Source: an uncultured bacterium
GTDB taxonomy: Bacteria > Desulfobacterota > Binatia > HRBIN30 > CADEER01
Length of the DNA stretch: 64,000 nt
Assembly (NCBI GenBank): GCA_965651925.1
Contig: CBFGUK010000002.1
Coordinates: forward strand, 15,750-79,749
Reading direction: 5' to 3'
Below the pieces are notes generated by a model. It was not told where the DNA came from and did not search any database. It saw only the letters and a list, made by a program, of their open reading frames with translations. Shown here in pieces: positions 58,081 to 64,000 of the stretch (positions within the stretch are counted from its first letter, which is position 1; the number at the start of each line of letters is the position of its first letter). A program made the translations under genes and the position numbers.

Positions 58081-58602
58081 TCAGGTACCCTGCGCTTCGG
58101 CGAGCAGGTCGACGTAGGCGCGATCGATCAACGCCTCCGCGCCGATCCCGAGCGCGGCGAGCAGGTGCTCCGCCTCGGCGATGCCCGGCGCGACGTCCTC
58201 GCCCGATGCGAGCACGACCTCGAGCTCGAGAAACTCGCCGAGCTCGTCGACGCAGTCGAGGTGGATGCGCGTCCGCCCGGCGAGATACAGCGTGCGTCGC
58301 TTGCGGACGCGTCCGGCGGTGCCATACGCGCGCGACAACGCCTCGCGCAGCGCCGCGGGCGCGGCGGTCGGCGCGATCACGTAGCGCGACGGCTTCGGCT
58401 CCGCCGTGTCCGAGCGTTCGTAGAAGATCAGCTCGCCCGCCGATTCGGAGAACGCGCGCAGCTTGAGCCGGCCGGCCTGGCACGGGAAGAACGTGTCGTC
58501 CTGCGTGATCGTGATCGGGCCCTGGTCGGCGAGTGCGGCAACGCGCGGTTCGAGCGCCGCGATACTCGCCACGCGGGCCTTCACCTCGACGTTGCGTGCC
58601 AT
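58081..58602 (-). CDS. CYTH-domain protein (class IV adenylyl cyclase / triphosphatase fold)
   Basis: N-terminal E-x-E-x-K (MARNVEVKARV). Further acidic triads (…ELIFYERSD…, …LELEVVL…). 173 aa. The long in-frame upstream extension is Arg-rich noise overlapping the next gene. Confidence 0.65.
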   Translation of the reverse strand: MARNVEVKARVASIAALEPRVAALADQGPITITQDDTFFPCQAGRLKLRAFSESAGELIFYERSDTAEPKPSRYVIAPTAAPAALREALSRAYGTAGRVRKRRTLYLAGRTRIHLDCVDELGEFLELEVVLASGEDVAPGIAEAEHLLAALGIGAEALIDRAYVDLLAEAQGT

Positions 58603-58604
58603 GG

Positions 58605-59747
58605 CTACGCGCCGGCCGGGAACGGCTGGTTGTCCGCCGGGCGCGGCGGCACGGCGGGATCGGGCACGGCCGTCGCCTGGTCGAGGTAGTCGGCGAAGTA
58701 GCCGAGGATGCCGGCACGATCGAGGACCCGATCGAGCGCCGGCGAGCGCGCCGCCCGATAGCGGGCGAGCAGGATGCCGCGCGCCACGTTGAGGAAGTTC
58801 GTCGTCGCGATGTCGGCTGTGCGGCCCGCGCTGAACGACACCGTCGCGCGCCCCTCCCGCGTCGCCGCCGCCACCCAGGGCAGATAATGGCGGCCCGTCT
58901 CGGCGAGCAGGGCGATCAGCGTCTCCGGGACCTCCCCGGCCGGCAGCCAGTCGCCGAACTGTCGGCGGCGCGGTGTCATCAGCGCGTGCGTGTGCGCGAC
59001 GATCGCCATGCCGGCAGCCTCGGTCCACTCGCGGCACAGCGGATCGTGGATGAAGTGCGCCGCATTGCCGCCGAAGATCGCGAAGTCGGCGAGCGCCGGA
59101 CGGCCGCCGAACAGGCAGCCGTGCGCCTCGAGATGCGCGGCGAGCGCGCGCTGCCAGGGGTGCAGCGACTCGCGGATCCAGCCGTCGATGTTCTCCGGCG
59201 TCGTGCCGAGGCGCGGCAGGCAGCCGGTCATCGCCGCCGTCACCATGTCGCGCACGCCCGCGATCGGCCCCGGCAGCTCGAGGGTACCCTCGCGCGCGAT
59301 TTCCCAGCTGCCCGAACGCGTGTTCTCGGGGTAGAGCCAGCGCGAGCCGACGGCGTGGCGGTAGAACCACTCATCGCTGACGTCGTCGAGCAGACAGTCG
59401 AGAAACGCGAGCAGCGGGTCGGGCGGCACGATCGACGGCTGCGGATGCTGCGTCTCGAGATGGAGGATGACCGCCGTCGAGTCCCAGATCAGCTCGCCGG
59501 ACGGGGTACCGATCACCGGAATGCCGCCGTTCCACCCCGCCGCGTGCGCGGCGACGTTCGCGCCGATGCTCGGCTGCATCCGCCAGCGCAGGTCCTTGTA
59601 GTCGAGGTACCCGGTGACCTTGCGGGTGAAGTACGACGGCAGGACACCGTGGACGACGAACTCGTTCGAAGCTGACACGCGACACTCCTCCGCTGACGGG
59701 AGCGCACCGTCGCACACCCATGCGGTGCCGCGCCACTCCGGCGGCAC
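58605..59747 (-). CDS. Glutathione S-transferase-family protein (thioredoxin-like N domain + helical C domain)
   Basis: …EFVVHGVLPSYFTRKVTGYLDYKDLRWR… GST-N-like. 2-nt gap to the CYTH gene. Start uncertain (possibly internal GTG). Confidence 0.6.
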   Translation of the reverse strand: MPPEWRGTAWVCDGALPSAEECRVSASNEFVVHGVLPSYFTRKVTGYLDYKDLRWRMQPSIGANVAAHAAGWNGGIPVIGTPSGELIWDSTAVILHLETQHPQPSIVPPDPLLAFLDCLLDDVSDEWFYRHAVGSRWLYPENTRSGSWEIAREGTLELPGPIAGVRDMVTAAMTGCLPRLGTTPENIDGWIRESLHPWQRALAAHLEAHGCLFGGRPALADFAIFGGNAAHFIHDPLCREWTEAAGMAIVAHTHALMTPRRRQFGDWLPAGEVPETLIALLAETGRHYLPWVAAATREGRATVSFSAGRTADIATTNFLNVARGILLARYRAARSPALDRVLDRAGILGYFADYLDQATAVPDPAVPPRPADNQPFPAGA

Positions 59748-59768
59748 CGCGTTGCCCGCCGGCTGTGC

Positions 59769-60758
59769 TTACGGCCGCTCTCGCGGCGGCACGTCCGCGG
59801 CATCATCCGCGGACAGCAGCTGTTCGGCGCCGGTCACGAGCTCGCCAATCACCGCCGCCGCGGCCTGCACGGTCGTGACGTTGGCCACCGACTCGCCGGC
59901 GTAGAGCGCCATCGCCTCGATGTGTCCCGTCGAGCCTGCCGTCGGCGCCATCACCGAGAAGCGCGGCACCGGCTCCATGCGGTCGCCGACCGCCGCCTCG
60001 CCGATGATGCCGTCGGGCAGCGCCGCCGCCGCGTCGACGGCCGAGCGCAGCACGCGGTGGGGCGCATCCGGCCACAGCCCCGAGAATGCCGTGGTCAGCA
60101 CCGTGTCGCCCGCGGTCGCGGCGAGCAGGCGCGCGATGTACGCCGGATGCGCGCCGGACTCGGTCGTGGCGACCAGGCGCGTGCCGACCCGCGCGCCGGC
60201 GGCACCGCACGCGAGGACCGCGGCGAGATCGCGCGCGGTGGCGATGCCACCGGCGGCGAGCACCGGCACGCGCACGCGGTCGAGCACGCCGGAGAGCAGC
60301 GGCAGCAGGCTCGTCGTGCCGCGCACATGGCCACCCGCTTCCGTCCCCTGCACGACGACGACGTCGCAGCCCGCCGCCTCGGCTGCGAGCGCCTCGGCGA
60401 TCGAACCGACCTGCCAGCTCGCCAGTGCCCCGCCGGCATGCACCGCGGCGACGAGCTCGGGCGCCGGCTCGCCGTAGAAGAACTCGACCAGCCGCGCGTG
60501 GCGCGCCGCGATCGGCACGCACGACGGATCGAGGAACGGCATGAGGAAGTTGACGCCGATCACGCCGCGCGTTGCGGCGACCAGCCGCGCGAGCGTCGCC
60601 TCGAGCTCGGCGGCGCTGAACAGCGGCGCGGGCAGCATGCCGACGGCGCCGGCCTCGGCCACCGCGGCGACCAGCGCCGGCGTCGCGATGCCGGGCATCG
60701 CCGCCGCCTGGATCGGCACCGTGGCGCCCGTGAGGCGGGTGAACGCGGTGACGATCAC
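59769..60758 (-). CDS. Nitronate monooxygenase / 2-nitropropane dioxygenase family (FMN, FabK-like)
   Basis: …VPIQAAAMPGIATPALVAAVAEAGAVGMLPA…, …AGGIATARDLAA…. GTG start overlapping the phzF stop (GTGA). Confidence 0.8.
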   Translation of the reverse strand: MIVTAFTRLTGATVPIQAAAMPGIATPALVAAVAEAGAVGMLPAPLFSAAELEATLARLVAATRGVIGVNFLMPFLDPSCVPIAARHARLVEFFYGEPAPELVAAVHAGGALASWQVGSIAEALAAEAAGCDVVVVQGTEAGGHVRGTTSLLPLLSGVLDRVRVPVLAAGGIATARDLAAVLACGAAGARVGTRLVATTESGAHPAYIARLLAATAGDTVLTTAFSGLWPDAPHRVLRSAVDAAAALPDGIIGEAAVGDRMEPVPRFSVMAPTAGSTGHIEAMALYAGESVANVTTVQAAAAVIGELVTGAEQLLSADDAADVPPRERP

Positions 60759-61549
60759 GACCCGTCCGCCGCGACGGTGATTTCGCCGCGCAGGTACTCG
60801 ACCGCGGTGCCGGCGATCCGCACGCGATCGCCGCGCAGCTCGCACCACAGCTCACCGCCGCGCGCCGAAATCTGCCGCGCGTGCAGCGCCGGGCGGCCGA
60901 GGCGGGCCGCCCAGTACGGCGTCAGCGTGCAGTGAGCCGAGCCGGTCACCGGATCCTCCGCGATGCCGGCGCGCGGCGCGAAGAAGCGCGACACGAAGTC
61001 GACTTCGTCCCCGGGGGCGGAGGCGATTACCGCATACGTGTCGAGCGCCGCGACGCGCGCGATGTCGGGCCGCAGCGCGCGCACCTCGGCCTCGCTGTCG
61101 AACACCGCGAGGAGATCGCGCGCCCGCAGGACCTCGCGCGGCCGGGCGCCGAGCGCGGCGACGAGCGCCTCCTCGATCGGCACCGGCTCCGCGGGCCGCG
61201 CCGGAAAGTCCATCGCCAGCCCCTCGGGTGCGCGGCTCACCGTCAGCTCGCCGCTGCGCGTCACAAACGCGATGCGCTCGCGCGTCGGGTACCGCTCACG
61301 CAACAGCACGAACGCCGCCGCGAGTGTCGCGTGCCCGCAGAGGTCGACCTCGATCGTCGGCGTGAACCAGCGCAGCGGGCAGACGCCGTCGCGCGCGATG
61401 ACGAACGCGGTCTCCGACAGGTTGTTCTCCGCCGCGATCGCCGCGAGCACCGCATCCGGCAGCCACGCCTCGAGGAGCACGACGGCAGCCGGGTTGCCGC
61501 CGAAGCGGCGACTGGTGAAGGCATCGATCTGGTACAGCGGATAACGCAT
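60755..61549 (-). CDS. PhzF-family phenazine-biosynthesis-like isomerase
   Basis: MRYPLYQIDAFTSRRFGGNPAAVV…, …VDLCGHATLAAAF…, …PVTGSAHCTLTPYWA…. Confidence 0.85.
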   Translation of the reverse strand: MRYPLYQIDAFTSRRFGGNPAAVVLLEAWLPDAVLAAIAAENNLSETAFVIARDGVCPLRWFTPTIEVDLCGHATLAAAFVLLRERYPTRERIAFVTRSGELTVSRAPEGLAMDFPARPAEPVPIEEALVAALGARPREVLRARDLLAVFDSEAEVRALRPDIARVAALDTYAVIASAPGDEVDFVSRFFAPRAGIAEDPVTGSAHCTLTPYWAARLGRPALHARQISARGGELWCELRGDRVRIAGTAVEYLRGEITVAADGS

Positions 61550-61618
61550 GGCGCGGCTCCGTCGGCGCGGCGGTCTGCCGCACGCATGCCAGCCGCGACC
61601 GGGCGCGGCAATCCACTT

Positions 61619-61668
61619 CGTCGATCGTCGCGATTTTCCGCGGCGCCGGTCCCGGCGACGATCGACGT
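61619..61668. terminator. Hairpin (13-bp perfect stem, 24-nt loop) immediately 3' of the large secreted protein gene. No U-tract.
   Basis: cgtcgatcgtcgc … gcgacgatcgacg. Confidence 0.3.
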
Positions 61669-61692
61669 CGCCGCGCTACGCGCGCCCGTGCC

Positions 61693-63930
61693 TCACGAGC
61701 ACGTCGGCGGCGCGAGCGTGTAGAACTCGACCGTCGTGCCGCCCTCGACCATGGAGCCGCGGGCGATGCCGAGCATGCCGGCATGGCCCGGTGCGGTATG
61801 CGGGCTCGAGCCGAGTGCGTCGGCGCTGAGACCGAAGGGCTGCAGGTAGATGCCGGTGCCGGCATCGGAGCCGAGCAGCTCGTAGACGGCGATGAGCGAA
61901 TTGTCGGCGGCGCGGCTGGTGTACTGCGCGACCCAGTCGGCGCCCATCGCGTGCACCTGCGTCGTCCAGCGGTGATTGGTCTTCTGCGCGGTCACGTCGA
62001 TGACCCGGTTGGCGATGTCGATCGAGCTCGTCGCCGTGCGCCGGAAGGTGGCGAAGTGGATCTGCCAGGGGGCGCTGTGCGAGCGCGCCGAGTTCTCCGT
62101 CCAGATGGCGGCGTAGTGGTCGCCGTTGTACGCGAGGTCCGGAAACTCGTCCCACTGGTACTGCTTCGCCTGCACGACCTTCTTGTGGTTGCTGATCGTG
62201 CCGCCGAGCGGCCAGTACTTCGTCATCACGCCACCGGTCGTGATCTGAATGTCCTTCACGCTGATGATCGTGAACGCGCTGCCGTCGAACGCGGCGCGGG
62301 GATAGAACTGGTGCGTGAAGTCGAAGTCGACGAGATTGATGATCGACGACACCGGCGCGCCGCTGGTGTTGAGCCGGAACGCATACGCGCAGGAGTGGCC
62401 GGCGCACTCGCCCTCGATCACGCCCTGGAAGCCGCCGGGATAGGGATCGAGATCGCCATCCGCCTCCTGGTCGTAGGCGGGGTTGGCGAACAGCGGCGGA
62501 CCGACCGCGCGGCGCTGGCTGAGCACGCCGTCGATCGTCATCGAATGATAGTAGAGCGTGGTGCCCTCGGCGGTGAGCACGGCGAAGTGGCCGTCGTTCC
62601 ACGCGGCGAGATAGTAGCGGCCGCGGAACGTGAGCTTGGGAATCGAGGCGACGCGCAGCGGGCCGGCGGTGATCTGGCCGTTGAACGCCACGTGCGCGTA
62701 GTAGAGGCGCGCGACACTCGTCGCCTCGGGATCGGTGCGCAGCCAGAATACGCCCCAGCCGCTGTCGGTCGGCACGGTGCGCGTGAGCCACACGTTGCCG
62801 CCGGTCTGCTGGCTGACGAGCTGCGGCGAGGAGACGTTCCACGTCAGGCCGCTGACGCATGTCTGGGTCGGCGTGGGCGACCAGGTATAGGTCGGGGTCG
62901 GGGTCTGCGTCCGCGTCCCGGTGCGCGTCGCCGTGCCCGTCGAGCTCGGCGTGCGCGTCGGCGTGAGCGTGCGCGTGCGGGTCGGCGTCACCGTGCGCGT
63001 GCTCGTGCGGGTGCGCGTCGCAGTGCGGGTCGGCGTCGCGGTGCGCGTTGGCGTCCCGGGCGGCGGCAGCGTCGCCGTCGCCGTTGGCGGGCTCGTCGGC
63101 GTCGCCGTCGCACTCGCCGTCGGCGTGCGCGTCGGGGTGGCGCTGTTCGTCGGCGTGCGGGTCAGGGTCGGCGTCTCACTCGGCAGTGGCGTGGCGCTCG
63201 GCGTCGGCGTGGCGCTCGCCGGCGCCGTCGCGGTCGGCGTCGCCGTGTCGACGGCGACCGTATCGGTCGCGGTCGGTGTCGGCGGCGCCGGTGGTTGCCA
63301 GTTGCCGGTGCAGTCGCCGAACAGCACGGCGAGGAAATCCTGCCCGGTCACCGGAGTGACGAGCGGTTCCCAGGCGATCATGCCTGGCTGACAGGCCGGC
63401 GCCATCTGCGGCGGCATCGTCTCCTGGTTCGGCGCCGCGGCGGGATCGGGCACGAACGACCAGTCCGATCCGCACGCCTCGGCCACCGGAAAGCGCGGGA
63501 CCATGCCGACGACGAGCTGCAGGATGCGTGCGGCATCGAGGGAGCTGACCGTGCCGTCGCCGGTCACGTCGCACGCCAGGATCTGGTGCGGGCCGAGCTG
63601 GCGCAGGCCGACGACGTGCTCGAGCGCGTACGTCGCATCGACGGCGCTGATGCCGTTGCCGCGATCGCCGAGCTTCGCCGGCACGAGCTGCCAGTTGCCG
63701 TCGCCGGGTTCGGTGAAGACGTACCCGCCGTCCTCGCCGGTACGCGCGGTCAGCTGCCCCGCGCCGCTGAGCGTGAGCGTGACGTCCGCGACGCTCGCAC
63801 CGCCGTTGTAGTACCGCACCTGCCCCGACAGCGCGCTCTGCGCCACCGTCGGTGTCATCCCACCGATCGTCGCGAGCGTCACTGCCGCGACTGCCCACCA
63901 CCGCCTGCCGGCGCGTTCCTTCTCCTGCAT
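61693..63930 (-). CDS. Large secreted protein (745 aa): signal peptide, CarboxypepD_reg-like beta-sandwich, dockerin-like module, ~130-aa Pro/Thr linker, C-terminal ~400-aa domain of unknown function
   Basis: MQEKERAGRRWWAVAAVTLATIGG… signal. …ILACDVTGDGTVSSLDAARILQLVVGMV…EACGSDW. Linker of (P/A)TPT/TRT repeats. C-terminal globular region with no recognisable catalytic motif. Confidence 0.7.
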   Translation of the reverse strand: MQEKERAGRRWWAVAAVTLATIGGMTPTVAQSALSGQVRYYNGGASVADVTLTLSGAGQLTARTGEDGGYVFTEPGDGNWQLVPAKLGDRGNGISAVDATYALEHVVGLRQLGPHQILACDVTGDGTVSSLDAARILQLVVGMVPRFPVAEACGSDWSFVPDPAAAPNQETMPPQMAPACQPGMIAWEPLVTPVTGQDFLAVLFGDCTGNWQPPAPPTPTATDTVAVDTATPTATAPASATPTPSATPLPSETPTLTRTPTNSATPTRTPTASATATPTSPPTATATLPPPGTPTRTATPTRTATRTRTSTRTVTPTRTRTLTPTRTPSSTGTATRTGTRTQTPTPTYTWSPTPTQTCVSGLTWNVSSPQLVSQQTGGNVWLTRTVPTDSGWGVFWLRTDPEATSVARLYYAHVAFNGQITAGPLRVASIPKLTFRGRYYLAAWNDGHFAVLTAEGTTLYYHSMTIDGVLSQRRAVGPPLFANPAYDQEADGDLDPYPGGFQGVIEGECAGHSCAYAFRLNTSGAPVSSIINLVDFDFTHQFYPRAAFDGSAFTIISVKDIQITTGGVMTKYWPLGGTISNHKKVVQAKQYQWDEFPDLAYNGDHYAAIWTENSARSHSAPWQIHFATFRRTATSSIDIANRVIDVTAQKTNHRWTTQVHAMGADWVAQYTSRAADNSLIAVYELLGSDAGTGIYLQPFGLSADALGSSPHTAPGHAGMLGIARGSMVEGGTTVEFYTLAPPTCS

Positions 63931-64000
63931 CGTCTCCCGTTACGCCGCGGCCCAGCGGAGCAACCGCGGTGCCACGATCCCCACCGTGTTGCCCACCGGG

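Noticed and set aside
58603-59370. N-terminal 256 aa of ORF 58081..59370 (would make a 429-aa CYTH protein)
   Set aside because: Arg-rich nonsense overlapping the well-formed GST-like gene in another frame. CYTH starts at MARNVEVKARV (58602).

Overview
This is a 64 kb, roughly 70% GC segment of bacterial chromosome, densely coding on both strands, with no rRNA, CRISPR array, transposase or integrase visible. 

**Core genes I can support from the translations:**
- acyl-CoA dehydrogenase, class I/II aminotransferase, dihydrolipoyl dehydrogenase, TetR regulator and a di-haem cytochrome c peroxidase;
- a type-B succinate dehydrogenase operon (cyt-b558 anchor, flavoprotein, Fe-S subunit), NDH-2, and a TIGR01777-like epimerase;
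- a 1647-aa multidomain signalling ATPase, a sulfatase-like protein, Lgt, and an atu/liu-like acyl-CoA carboxylase cluster (AtuA-like, enoyl-CoA hydratase, biotin carboxylase alpha, carboxyltransferase beta);
- PanE, rhomboid, an NHEJ locus (Ku translationally coupled to an HTH+TPR protein, divergent LigD), a DASS transporter, MFS, MBL-fold hydrolase, DinB, GFA and OmpA;
- the conserved ffs(SRP RNA)-dnaX-ybaB-recR block flanked by tRNA-Ser(GGA);
- RDD protein, F420-type LLM oxidoreductase, secreted HExxH metalloprotease, tRNA-Ser(CGA) next to tadA, a histidine kinase, NnrU, a two-domain carboxyltransferase, an Asp/Glu-racemase-like protein with beta-carbonic anhydrase, SnoaL, a CYTH+GST pair, nitronate monooxygenase and PhzF.

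**Most unusual observations:**
- At least nine intergenic palindromes/hairpins whose arms are built from 2-5 tandem copies of a 6-9 nt unit. Unit sequences differ between loci, but two loci share GCGAAG, and two ~150-240 bp loci have terminal inverted repeats (MITE-like). Nearly all sit at gene 3' ends or in short intergenic gaps.
- A giant Zn-ribbon + class III cyclase + AAA + TPR protein ending in four tandem SnoaL/NTF2-like domains.
- Ku translationally coupled (GTGA overlap) to an excisionase/MerR-type HTH + TPR protein.
- Three secreted proteins carrying a Cys-bracketed dockerin-like 'GDCDxDGxVxIxELIxAVNIAL' module and long Pro/Thr linkers.
- A Cys-rich secreted protein with an internal PEP-CTERM-like sorting motif that reads through into a second signal-peptide-like segment.

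I could not run searches; all family calls come from motifs read in the translations.
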